From Candidatus Obscuribacterales bacterium (GTDB lineage Bacteria > Cyanobacteriota > Vampirovibrionia > Obscuribacterales > Obscuribacteraceae): a DNA stretch of 64,000 bases. Positions within the stretch are counted from its first letter, which is position 1. Every line of letters starts with the position of its first letter. Positions 47,962 through 57,426 of the stretch are shown in pieces. The position numbers were made by a program, and so were the translations under genes. The stretch is from contig CBDDIJ010000003.1 in NCBI GenBank assembly GCA_965228855.1, positions 2,016,001 to 2,080,000 of the forward strand, given 5' to 3'. Below the pieces are notes generated by a model that did no database searches, was not told the origin of the DNA, and saw only the letters and a program-made list of their open reading frames with translations.

Positions 47962-48261
47962 TTAAAGTACGAACATCCACATGGCGAAAGTCAGAATACC
48001 GAACAACCCGCCGATGAGAAGACCGTCGCGGACGTTATTCGGATTGTTGAGCCGGTGCTCGAAAAGAATCACAAGTATCGAGAAGATCAAAAAATCTTTG
48101 GTCGCCAAAATACCGGCGGTCGTGAATTCCCTAGGTGGCAGTTCGAGGTAACTGCGCATAAGCACAGTGATGCCGTTGAAGCCGAGGCTAAGAATCAAGC
48201 CAAAAACAATCGCCTCGGGAAGCGTTGCTCGTCTTCGCTTCTTCTCCTGCTCTTTTTCCAT
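47962..48261 (-). CDS. Small membrane protein with three hydrophobic segments
   Basis: 99-aa ORF with GGAGG RBS and three hydrophobic stretches. Confidence 0.6.
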   Translation of the reverse strand: MEKEQEKKRRRATLPEAIVFGLILSLGFNGITVLMRSYLELPPREFTTAGILATKDFLIFSILVILFEHRLNNPNNVRDGLLIGGLFGILTFAMWMFVL

Positions 48262-48324
48262 CGCCTCCGCGCTACCCTGCGCTTTTAACGTAGCCTCGCC
48301 TTTGTCACACTGACAAAGCGACGT

Positions 48325-49509
48325 CTACCGAGAAGCTGCAAGCAGCGAATTCACTTTATCCTCGAGTGATTTCTCGTTGGTCTCAGGAGCGTCTACGACA
48401 CGTTTGATGTTGTATACGGTATCGCGTTCTACAGGCGTATAGCCGGCTTTGCCGATGAGCTCTTCCATACGCTCCTTAGCCAGCTGCAGCGGTGTCTTGG
48501 CACCTGCAGCATGAGTGATTTTCTCTTCCAGAATGGTACCGTCCAGATCGTCGGCACCAAATGAAAGCGCTACCTGGGCAAGGTCTTCGCCAAGTTGGAT
48601 CCAATAAGCCTTGATGTGGGGGAAATTATCGAGAACCAATCGGCTGATGGCGATATCGCGAAGAAGGTCATCATGACTGGGCTCTCGAACCTCATCCTTG
48701 ATGTTGGTGCCTTCGTAGTAGCACTTCAATGGAATGAAGCACATGAAGCCTTTCGACTTATCTTGCTGTTCGCGGAGCAACAGCATGTGATCGACTTTGT
48801 TCTCGACTACTTCGCCGATACCGGTGAGCATCGTCGCCGTGGTATTCAATCCCATGCCATGAGCGATTCCATGAATCTCCAGCCAGGTGTGCGCGGGAGT
48901 TTTCTTCACGTCCATTTTGGCACGAACGCTCTCGTCAAAAATCTCTGCGCCCCCGCCAGGCATGCTGTCGAGACCAGCCTTATGCAACCGTTCCAACGTT
49001 TCCGCGTAAGTAATTCCTTCCAGATTGGACAGATATTCGATCTCAACGGCTGTCATCGCCTTCAGATGAATGTGGGGAAATTCTTTTTTAATTGCGGCGA
49101 GAACTTCCTCATAATAATTCAAATCGCAAATAGGGTTTAAACCGCCTACCATGTGGATTTCATTGATGCCGAGTTCGACACCGCCGCGCGCCGCATCGAG
49201 CACCTGATCGACTGTCCATGAATAAGCATTATTACCAGGATTGGCGTAGGAACAGAATCGGCACGTCTCGACACAGAAGTTGGTCGGGTTCAAATGCATG
49301 TTGTGAATGTAGTACACGTAACGCTCTTTCCCTTCACCGGCAGCGCGTTTTCTTGCAAATTCGCCGAGCATTCCAACCGCGAGCAGATCATCATGATTGT
49401 AGAGACGAATAGCGTCTTCTCTCGTCAAACGAACGCCATCAACGACCTTTTGCGCGATGTCGGCGATTGCACTTTGAGCGCCAATCTGTTCCAGAATACC
49501 GGTTGCCAT
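48325..49509 (-). CDS. mqnE: Aminofutalosine synthase (radical SAM, futalosine menaquinone pathway)
   Basis: HLNPTNFCVETCRFC (CxxxCxxC), KAMTAVEI, MPGGGAEIF, HIKAYW, FGADDLDGT, PVERDT. Confidence 0.88.
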   Translation of the reverse strand: MATGILEQIGAQSAIADIAQKVVDGVRLTREDAIRLYNHDDLLAVGMLGEFARKRAAGEGKERYVYYIHNMHLNPTNFCVETCRFCSYANPGNNAYSWTVDQVLDAARGGVELGINEIHMVGGLNPICDLNYYEEVLAAIKKEFPHIHLKAMTAVEIEYLSNLEGITYAETLERLHKAGLDSMPGGGAEIFDESVRAKMDVKKTPAHTWLEIHGIAHGMGLNTTATMLTGIGEVVENKVDHMLLLREQQDKSKGFMCFIPLKCYYEGTNIKDEVREPSHDDLLRDIAISRLVLDNFPHIKAYWIQLGEDLAQVALSFGADDLDGTILEEKITHAAGAKTPLQLAKERMEELIGKAGYTPVERDTVYNIKRVVDAPETNEKSLEDKVNSLLAASR

Positions 49510-49579
49510 TTGTAAATCCTCAACGTTTTCAATCTTGGAAAGTGCCTAGATCGTAACACGCATCGGGGTATCAGTTCCT

Positions 49580-50416
49580 TTAAGCCTGCAAGTTTTTCTC
49601 CGCCTCTAATGGCGGAACAGCCTGTGCGAGCGACCATTCGAAGGAAACAGAATTGACCTTAACACCGTAAATCAAATATCCAAGCGCCATAAGCACGGAA
49701 ACGAGGTCCCAGGCGGGCAATCCAGCACAGAGCAACTTCTGGCATGTGTCAATTATTAAGGCAGGCGTCATGGCAACTATTGAAACCCTGACCAGTTGCG
49801 GATACGTGAGCCGCCTCTTTGCAAACATTGCAATAACCTTGCCCACCAGACCGAAAAGAAGCGCCTGCAGGGCACAGAGAATGAAGGACGAAATCCAAAA
49901 AACGCCCAGGACGACCACTCCGCTCCAGGTCGCGATAGCGTCAAGAATTTTGGGATGATAGGTCCACTCCCATGTCTGGTCCTTATCCTTCTCGAAATCG
50001 TAAATTTGTTCCTTTCCTTTCAGGTGAAACAGAACGCGCCGCTTCTCCACAAAAATCCCGTCAATGTTTGCGGGCGCGGGAGTTGGCGAATCGGTCATGT
50101 CGAAACTGATCAGCTTCCTGCCATTGCGAGGATCGCTGATTTGAAAAACTTGATCGGGTCGATCGAGCGTGGCGATGCCATTTTTTATATCGATTCGAGG
50201 AATTTGAGAGACAACTGGTTTCAAATAATCCAGCACAAATTCGCGAACCAGAATGTGAACGTGAATCGAAGCGATAAACCAGAGCCCGAAAAGGAGACCG
50301 ATCAGGTATCGAAATCCCAATCCGCGCCAACAATGCGCGGCATCACGATAAATATCCTTCGAGTACCAACTTTTGTAGACGGCTCTCCAGGGATCGATTT
50401 TCTTGATGATTGTCAT
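49580..50416 (-). CDS. DUF1189-like membrane protein
   Basis: SWYSKDIY, GFRYL, TM, PRIDIKNG, then three TMs including LTYPQL...AMTP. Confidence 0.65.
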   Translation of the reverse strand: MTIIKKIDPWRAVYKSWYSKDIYRDAAHCWRGLGFRYLIGLLFGLWFIASIHVHILVREFVLDYLKPVVSQIPRIDIKNGIATLDRPDQVFQISDPRNGRKLISFDMTDSPTPAPANIDGIFVEKRRVLFHLKGKEQIYDFEKDKDQTWEWTYHPKILDAIATWSGVVVLGVFWISSFILCALQALLFGLVGKVIAMFAKRRLTYPQLVRVSIVAMTPALIIDTCQKLLCAGLPAWDLVSVLMALGYLIYGVKVNSVSFEWSLAQAVPPLEAEKNLQA

Positions 50417-50431
50417 TCATCCCGCTTGTGG

Positions 50432-51001
50432 CTAATGGTCTCGCCAGTCTTTATTCGTCAACGAAGTGAGAATATGATCGCGCCATTTGCCGTTGAGGTA
50501 AAGATAGTCACGCGCATAGCCTTCCACTTGAAAGCCCAATTTTTTCAAGACACTCGCGCTTCGCTCGTTGGTCGGAACATAGTTTGCCATAATTCGGTGC
50601 AGATTCATCTCGTCGAACGCAAAAGTAATGGCCGCACCAAGAGCCTCGGTCATATAACCGCGCCCTTGTTTGCTCTTGTCTAAGCCGTAACCGAGATAAC
50701 AGAATTGAGCCGCCTTGCGAAAAATCTGGGTAAAATTGGCGGTTCCGATTACGATATCGGTTTTCGCTTTTTCAAAAATAAACAGTCGGCAAGTCTGGTC
50801 GGTTTCAAACTCTTCGAGATTGGCGCTCAGCTGTTTCTCCCAGAATGGAACGGTGAGGTAATTCTCCGGCCAAGTGGGGCCATGGTCTTCCAAATGAAGA
50901 CGATTGGTCTCAAAATATGCCACCACCCGCGAAGCCTCTTCGGGTCGGCAGAGTTTTAAAACCAATCGCTCTGTAGTTAATTCAACATTTCGTGACTGCA
51001 A
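50432..51001 (-). CDS. RimJ-like GNAT N-acetyltransferase
   Basis: LTTERLVL, CYLGY, QGRGYMTEAL, LHRIMANYVPTNERS, YLYLNGKWRDH. Confidence 0.9.
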   Translation of the reverse strand: MQSRNVELTTERLVLKLCRPEEASRVVAYFETNRLHLEDHGPTWPENYLTVPFWEKQLSANLEEFETDQTCRLFIFEKAKTDIVIGTANFTQIFRKAAQFCYLGYGLDKSKQGRGYMTEALGAAITFAFDEMNLHRIMANYVPTNERSASVLKKLGFQVEGYARDYLYLNGKWRDHILTSLTNKDWRDH

Positions 51002-51049
51002 TTTGATTGCCTGCTATCAGCCTGACCGGTTCAATCTCGGGGGTTGAAC

Positions 51050-51805
51050 CTAATCGCCGAGCCAGTAGGCGTCGCGTCTTGCCGCGTTGGCGCCCATACG
51101 CTCTTCCAGTTCGTTGAGAACTTGAAGCATGGGATTACTCGAGGTTATTTGAACTTCCTCGGAAACTTCATCCGTCACATCTTCTTCGGGAGCAAAAGAG
51201 GTGGTAGGAGCAAAGTCGATCTCTTCATTCGAGCCGAACATCGGCAGTGCCGGTCTTCGCGCCGAAGTATCCTCGAGGTCGTCCAATGGATCTACTTTGA
51301 AGTGAATGCCTGAAAGCGAAACGGACTCTTCGTAAAACAAGTTATCGTCCTGACGGCTGAACGCCATGAAAGAGTCCTCGACTGCCGGCAGAGCTCCGAT
51401 TGGATTTTCGTCCGTTTCGTAGTGAACTTCTTTCAGCCTGCGGTCGAAATCGACGGCGTTGAAAGATCCTGTTTCCGTACACTCTTCGCGATTGAACCAC
51501 TTATTCACAGCCTGGCGATTCTTCGAACGAAGGTTCGACACCTCGGCGAGGTTGACCTCGCTGGTCATGCGGCGGCGAACTGCATCCATGGCAAAGGCGC
51601 CGGTAGATTCGGCTCCTTCAGCACGAGAACGCATCTGAACCAGCTTTCTGCGAGTTCTGTCGAGTTCACTGAAATCAAGCACATCATCATTCTTAGCGAG
51701 GTTGCCTTCAAATCTCTGGCTGATGCGATTCCACAAATACTTCATTTTGTCGAACACTGTTTTGATTCTCCCAGCAAGTAGAGTCATGTTCAAAAGCTCC
51801 AACAA
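51050..51805 (-). CDS. Acidic hypothetical protein
   Basis: 251-aa ORF filling the gap between the rimJ-like gene and nurA. No recognised motif. Confidence 0.6.
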   Translation of the reverse strand: MLELLNMTLLAGRIKTVFDKMKYLWNRISQRFEGNLAKNDDVLDFSELDRTRRKLVQMRSRAEGAESTGAFAMDAVRRRMTSEVNLAEVSNLRSKNRQAVNKWFNREECTETGSFNAVDFDRRLKEVHYETDENPIGALPAVEDSFMAFSRQDDNLFYEESVSLSGIHFKVDPLDDLEDTSARRPALPMFGSNEEIDFAPTTSFAPEEDVTDEVSEEVQITSSNPMLQVLNELEERMGANAARRDAYWLGD

Positions 51806-52015
51806 ATGACTCCGGCGCCAATCAACATCCCAACCTTAAGCGCAGCGAAGTCCGAAGTAAATGGGGATTGTACGTACTTCGGAGCCAAGAATTAATGAAC
51901 TAAACCAAAATTTAGCTTGACAACAAGCTCAACGGTTTACCGAGGGCTCTTTTGACGTCCGCGCGGTCAAGATTAAAGCTATCCTTCAGACAGAGTTTTA
52001 TAAGTATCTGTATTT

Positions 52016-53203
52016 CTAAACGAAACCCGATCGTTTCTTTGATTCTTTCGGACTGACGCTCACGCGTTTCACTCCGAGCGACACTAGATGCCGTTTGATC
52101 ATCTCAAAAAACTGTTCCCGGTCGGCGCCCCGTATGACTGCAAGATTGTGAGCCTCTGACAGTGCGACTGGATAGCCCCGTCCCTTGATGGCTTGAGACG
52201 CCACTACCGCGCAAGCGACTTCTCGCAGGATAAAGTTGTCGACCAGCCAGCGCGGACACTCAATACGAGCAATTTCACTGCCCACGTTCAGGTAGGAGAA
52301 ACATATCTGCTGCTCGTTATCGAAAAGCTTGGAGATGGTCTGGGCAGTTAGACAAAACGAGCTTCGGTAGCCGGCGGGCAACTTTCCGGTCAACAGCTGC
52401 CTGTCCGTCAGCGGCCATATCTTGGAGCAGGGAAAATTCTCTTCGTTGAGGCCCGCGCAATAGTCGCGACAGCTGCTTGTCTCGTACGGACAGATATTGG
52501 TGCGCAGCATGTTCACGATTTCAGAACTACGGCTATGGCTGATGTAGCCAACCAATGGAATGCCCGCGGATTGCAAGCCGCGAGTGCATTTTTGCATCCG
52601 GGCGAGAAAAGCGTCCTGATACCCCTGAGGCATCTTATCCACCGACCAGGGAATCAACGAACCGTCGTACAGCGCAACGACAGACAGTCCCCGACTGAGC
52701 GCCGCGAGTGCATGCTCGACCAGAAGTTCAAGTTCGTAGATTGTTCGCTCGAGTGAAACGAAAAGCTCGTCGATATGAACACGTCTTCTATCAACGAGCG
52801 GATACAAATCCTCTGGTCTATGATGCAGTCGCGGCGCGCTTTCAAGAACGGACGGCAGTTGCTCACCGTAAGAAATAATTGCATAACCGGCGTTGAGAAG
52901 ATAGCAATTGTGCACTTCGTGATGGCTCGGCATGATCTGCGATCCATCAACTCCTACGACCGTGTACTTTGCAGGAGGCTTGTCTATTTTGAAATCGGCG
53001 CCGAAAGCTTCTATCGGCGTCGCTACTGGCCACAAGACCCAACCCGAGTTTTTATCGAGTCTGTTTGAAAATTTTTCCTCTTCTCTGATAGCAGAATCAA
53101 GCGCATCGACCGCTCTCTCCAGAACCTCCTTGTGCTCAGCTTCCCGAACAGCATCGACTCCAACTTCCTGAATTTGTTTAAAAATCTTCGAGAGGTCAAG
53201 CAT
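52016..53203 (-). CDS. nurA: NurA-family nuclease (RNase H-like fold), cyanobacterial type
   Basis: GVDGSQI, LYDGSL, EIARIECP, GYPVALSEAH. ATG at 53203 overlaps the upstream stop (ATGCTTGA). Confidence 0.85.
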   Translation of the reverse strand: MLDLSKIFKQIQEVGVDAVREAEHKEVLERAVDALDSAIREEEKFSNRLDKNSGWVLWPVATPIEAFGADFKIDKPPAKYTVVGVDGSQIMPSHHEVHNCYLLNAGYAIISYGEQLPSVLESAPRLHHRPEDLYPLVDRRRVHIDELFVSLERTIYELELLVEHALAALSRGLSVVALYDGSLIPWSVDKMPQGYQDAFLARMQKCTRGLQSAGIPLVGYISHSRSSEIVNMLRTNICPYETSSCRDYCAGLNEENFPCSKIWPLTDRQLLTGKLPAGYRSSFCLTAQTISKLFDNEQQICFSYLNVGSEIARIECPRWLVDNFILREVACAVVASQAIKGRGYPVALSEAHNLAVIRGADREQFFEMIKRHLVSLGVKRVSVSPKESKKRSGFV

Positions 53204-54575
53204 GCACATTCTCCGCAAAATACTTCAACTGCGTTCGCAGTTTGTACGGTGAGCTAAGCGAGTTATCATCAAGCTTTCGGAGGAAGTCGGTGAAGCGCCG
53301 GTCGTCCGAATCTGCTCTGCAACTCGCGTCCAATCTCACTATAAACTCAAACAGCCCATGCATCAAGTTTCGCGGTGGCGGCGTCTCATCGTTGCTGAAA
53401 AGCTTCGCACCCATAAGATATTCAGGCTCGTAGTTTGCGACAATAATTCGTTCCGACGGACTTCCCCTGTCGCACACGAAAACTTGAATATTTTCAAATG
53501 AGCTTGGCACTGCAGGCGGTGACATCGCTTGCATAAAAACCAGTGCGTTGAGAATCTGATTCAACCAGGAAACCAGGGTTTCAGTATCGACCTTTGGCTT
53601 AGTCGTGCTTTCATCTTTTAAGTCGATTCCGTCAGTGGGTGCGGTGATCAGAATCATCGACCCATCTCTGCGAGCGTAAAAATCGTACAGTCGACTGATA
53701 TTGGGATGGTCGACATTCTGGAGGGCACGCAAACGACGCAGTAAGTTTCCAAACAAAGCACCATTTATGGTGGCATTTACGATATCTTCACTTTCGAAAA
53801 TTTTCAGTTCGCGAGATTCGACCGGAGCGTTTTCGTTCCACAAGTCATGCATAACTTTGTGCTTGTCAGTCTTGTAACGCTGCAGCCAGCCGTCCAGGTT
53901 GCCACGGAAGAGCGGCTCCATATGCGACTCATCGTCATCTTCAAGACAGCGTAGTCGCCCTTTCCCGTCAATCGTGTAGCCCAAGCTGTTATAGATCGAC
54001 TCGCAATCGACGATAGTCTCGTTCCCTTCTCTAGTGGTTCTCGAAGCGGACGATATTACTTTAACAAAAGCACTGGGATAGATAAATTTTGTTTTGACTC
54101 GAATCTTGGAATTGCTGATTCGTTCTGCAACCCGCTTCATCGCCGTATTGGCGTCATCAAAAGAGGTGTACGGAGTCAGGATAAGATAGTGAGCCGGCTC
54201 GATAAAGCTGATTCGATCTTCGGACCGAAGGAACTTGAGGAGCACATTCACGACGGCTTTATCGAGCTGCTCTTTCTCCTGCTCCGAAGCTGTCTTATAC
54301 TCGAGAACCGATAACGATGCAAGACAGAACTCTCGACCGTCTTTTTGCGCACGACGACAATAACGGCTAAGAATTTCATGAAACGCCTCTGAGCTGAGAG
54401 GGCGCCTGGGTGCGTTCGGCGGTGTGGCACGGGCTTCAGTTTTCGAACTACCTGCAGACTTATCTGCAACCTCATCAAGTAGCTTCGGTGCACGCCTGTC
54501 AAAAATTCGACTTGGTTCCGGCACCAGTTTCTGAGCGGATTCTTTATTTCGCTTGTCTTTGTCTTTCAAACCCAC
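53196..54575 (-). CDS. Degenerate GGDEF-like domain fused to a pseudokinase-like domain
   Basis: FHEILSRYCRRAQKDGREFCL...FLRSEDRISFIEPAHYLILTP (GGDEF-like). LQNVDHPNISRLYDFY...WLNQILNALVFMQ (kinase-like, lacking HRD and DFG). Confidence 0.6.
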   Translation of the reverse strand: MGLKDKDKRNKESAQKLVPEPSRIFDRRAPKLLDEVADKSAGSSKTEARATPPNAPRRPLSSEAFHEILSRYCRRAQKDGREFCLASLSVLEYKTASEQEKEQLDKAVVNVLLKFLRSEDRISFIEPAHYLILTPYTSFDDANTAMKRVAERISNSKIRVKTKFIYPSAFVKVISSASRTTREGNETIVDCESIYNSLGYTIDGKGRLRCLEDDDESHMEPLFRGNLDGWLQRYKTDKHKVMHDLWNENAPVESRELKIFESEDIVNATINGALFGNLLRRLRALQNVDHPNISRLYDFYARRDGSMILITAPTDGIDLKDESTTKPKVDTETLVSWLNQILNALVFMQAMSPPAVPSSFENIQVFVCDRGSPSERIIVANYEPEYLMGAKLFSNDETPPPRNLMHGLFEFIVRLDASCRADSDDRRFTDFLRKLDDNSLSSPYKLRTQLKYFAENVHA

Positions 54576-54756
54576 TCTCCGATGTCATTGCCATTGGGGA
54601 AGCCCATAAATGGAGCTTTCCAGGCTCAGGTGCGCTGCTCGGCGGACCCAAGAATTGAAGTATCTATAACTAACTTTCCCAGAAATCGCTGTCTGAAGCG
54701 AATGCTATATCTTGTACAATCAGCAAGTTCAAACAGATTTCCGGGGCTTCTTCGCA

Positions 54757-55215
54757 ATGGCAAGGATTACAAGACTCTTTCCCAAAGACATGGAACTCAA
54801 GCCGACATTGGCTGGCCGAGTCAACCAGATCCGGGAATTCAGAAACCTCACCATTCGTGACCTTGCCAAAGACACTCGATTCACAACGGGGCGAATCGAA
54901 GACATCGAATCCGGTCTGGAAACCTGGCTCTCATCAGCGGACAGGCAGATCCTTGCCACAGCGTTGAGAATCGACCCTCAAGTTCTGAAAGACGTTGAAG
55001 TTCGTGCGGTTGAAGAGGAAGCGACGATCACCGAAGTTCCAATGGCAGTTTTGGAAGACCTGGCAGACGCTGTATTGCACGGAGAGCGCGATATTCCATG
55101 CCCACGCTGCAAAACAATTTTGAACTGCTCGATCCAGGAAGGAATAGATTTAGAAAACAATCAGATTTTCTTGCCGATGGCTTACTGCCCCAAGTGTCCG
55201 TTCGTTCTCAAATAG
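54757..55215 (+). CDS. XRE/Cro-like HTH protein with C-terminal Zn-ribbon
   Basis: IREFRNLTIRDLAKDT...IEDIESG, CPRC...CPKC. Start MARIT within ORF 54712..55215. Confidence 0.75.
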   Translation: MARITRLFPKDMELKPTLAGRVNQIREFRNLTIRDLAKDTRFTTGRIEDIESGLETWLSSADRQILATALRIDPQVLKDVEVRAVEEEATITEVPMAVLEDLADAVLHGERDIPCPRCKTILNCSIQEGIDLENNQIFLPMAYCPKCPFVLK

Positions 55216-55315
55216 CACCGCCTCTGGTGCTATCATTCCAGGTTCGCAAGGAGCCTTTCGAGTTATCTACCCGAGTTATCTACCATAGATGTAACGAGTT
55301 AGCGCGCCCTGGAAA

Positions 55316-56458
55316 TCAGGCTGGCGACACTGAGCGTTTCTCAAAGCACTCTCTTACCGTTTCATCAAGTCTAATTTTAATCCGGGCCAGACGTTCAGAG
55401 ATTTCAATTCTTTGTTTTTGCAGACCTAACATCTGCTGACGGCGGTGGTCGTCGAGAGCCTCGATAAACAGCTCGTGCAGGGCGATCTCCTCACCTTGAG
55501 TCCACCAGAGTTCTTCTATGACCGTTCCAATTTCATCATACTCAGCCTCGTCCATCATTTTGTCGAACAGACGATACTCGTTGCTGAGCATATATTCGAA
55601 TGCGGTTCGCACCTCTTCTCGCAGGTTTTGAGCACCTTGAGAAACGATAGATGCGGTGACTTTCTGATCTAATGAGCCGACGCGATCGCTGAGAACATCC
55701 AGAGTTTCGTCGAGCAAATAGCGTTTGAAAGAGACCTGAGTCCAGAGGAAATCTGCGAAGTACGCCACACAAACCCGATGAACGATTTCCAAACGGCTGG
55801 GCAGATACGATAGCGGCAAACGGCTTCTCACCGCCAATTGCGACAGTGCGCGCACATCACCGTAAAGTCGGTCGATCAACTCGCGCATTCCGCTAACGGT
55901 CGCATCGCGCAAGGTCGGAAGCTCCGGTTCTAAACTGGCGTTGACCGCCATGATGATCAAAATTTCGCGACGAAGGAAAGTCAAGTTCGCGCCCATGTCT
56001 TCGAACACTTTGATCGCGGTTGCATCGCTCAAATCAAGGATACCGAGCAACAAGTGCACCGGCTCGATATCGGTTTCTCCGAAAAACAGCGAGTAGTCGA
56101 ATGCTCGAGTCAATGCTTGAACAGTGAGATCGCTGAACCCGATGGGTTGGTCTACGCTCTGCGGCTGGACCGCCGGTTTTGGAAAACCGCTTTCCAGAAC
56201 GTCGGGGCGGTCGGAGTAAAGAAGTTCTGATTCCGGGTTGTCTTTAAACTGGCGTTCGACCTCATTGCGAACGCTTACCTCGTCCATCTTCATGGTCTCG
56301 AGCGCATGCGTGGCCAGGGAATCGGGGTCGGCAGTCAGAGCTACGAGCAAATGCTGCGTGCAAACGTAAGAATGACCCATATTGAGGCACTCCGCCATCG
56401 CGTGTTGCACCACACTCAGAAGCGACTCGCCAGCTCTCTCGAACACCGTATCAATCAT
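55316..56458 (-). CDS. Stand-alone Clp N-terminal domain protein with helical C-terminal region (no AAA+ module)
   Basis: GHSYVCTQHLLVAL and IEPVHLLLGIL Clp-R repeats. No Walker A motif. Confidence 0.75.
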   Translation of the reverse strand: MIDTVFERAGESLLSVVQHAMAECLNMGHSYVCTQHLLVALTADPDSLATHALETMKMDEVSVRNEVERQFKDNPESELLYSDRPDVLESGFPKPAVQPQSVDQPIGFSDLTVQALTRAFDYSLFFGETDIEPVHLLLGILDLSDATAIKVFEDMGANLTFLRREILIIMAVNASLEPELPTLRDATVSGMRELIDRLYGDVRALSQLAVRSRLPLSYLPSRLEIVHRVCVAYFADFLWTQVSFKRYLLDETLDVLSDRVGSLDQKVTASIVSQGAQNLREEVRTAFEYMLSNEYRLFDKMMDEAEYDEIGTVIEELWWTQGEEIALHELFIEALDDHRRQQMLGLQKQRIEISERLARIKIRLDETVRECFEKRSVSPA

Positions 56459-56628
56459 GAAGAACTCCAGTTAAAATATGTTCACCTGAATTTGAGGCTC
56501 AGGCCCAAGTCAGACAATGAATCATGACGGCATAGTACTTTCTTGATTACAGTATGGCAACTTTTAACGGCGTTCATGGCGGTACAATCAACAGTCATTG
56601 ACACACCGGAAACCAGTGGGGACCGCAC

Positions 56629-57426
56629 TTGAGAATTCTTATCGCCAATGATGACGGCATCTATGCGCCTGGGATAAAGGCGCTAGCGACGCGGCTAGCC
56701 GAAGAACCGCAGCATGAAGTATATGTGGTCGCACCAGACCGAGAACGCAGTGCCACCGGGCATTCGCTCACGTTACATAAACCGTTACGTGTCGAAGAGA
56801 TAGAAATGCCAGGCAAGATGAGACGCTGTTGGTCGACAACAGGCACGCCAAGTGATTGCGTTAAACTCGCAATCTCCGTCCTGATGGAGCAAAAGCCGGA
56901 CCTTGTCATCTCGGGCATCAACAATGGGGCGAACCTCGGTGCAGAGGTTTTGTACTCCGGGACGGTAGCGGCTGCAATGGAAGGCGCTTTCCTCAAGGTC
57001 CCCAGCATCGCGATCAGTATGGTCACCAAAGACCAAGGGAAACACTTTGATGTAGCCGCAGATTTTATGGCTCGCTTCCTCAAGGTTTACAAGAGTGCGA
57101 TTTTCGGTCCCAAGACGCTCATAAACATCAACGTCCCCAGTTTACCTGCCAAGAAAATCAAAGGGGCACGCGTGACCGAGCTGGGAATTCGCTCATACAA
57201 TGACTGGTTCGAAAAACGCCACGACCCACGCGGTCGCGACTATTACTGGCTCACCGGTCATGCAATCGACGAAGGTGAGGCAGAAACCTCAGACGCCTAT
57301 GCACTTCAGCATGACATGATCTCCATCACCCCTGTCACGTTCAACATGACAGACAGAGGCGCTCTACCTACTCTTGAAGCGCTGCCCGGATTGTTCGACC
57401 TGAAAGAGTTCGCAAAAACTAAATGA
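56629..57426 (+). CDS. surE: 5'/3'-nucleotidase SurE
   Basis: ILIANDDG, VAPDRERSATGHSLT, GTPSDCV, SGINNGANLG, YSGTVAAAMEG, NINVP. Confidence 0.96.
   Translation: MRILIANDDGIYAPGIKALATRLAEEPQHEVYVVAPDRERSATGHSLTLHKPLRVEEIEMPGKMRRCWSTTGTPSDCVKLAISVLMEQKPDLVISGINNGANLGAEVLYSGTVAAAMEGAFLKVPSIAISMVTKDQGKHFDVAADFMARFLKVYKSAIFGPKTLININVPSLPAKKIKGARVTELGIRSYNDWFEKRHDPRGRDYYWLTGHAIDEGEAETSDAYALQHDMISITPVTFNMTDRGALPTLEALPGLFDLKEFAKTK

Noticed and set aside
48325..49509. Radical SAM as a RiPP maturase for the repeat proteins
   Set aside because: Motifs fit MqnE, there is no SPASM domain, and it is not adjacent to a precursor.
49796..50683. 295-aa plus-strand ORF
   Set aside because: Antisense to the DUF1189-like and rimJ-like genes, with no recognisable features.
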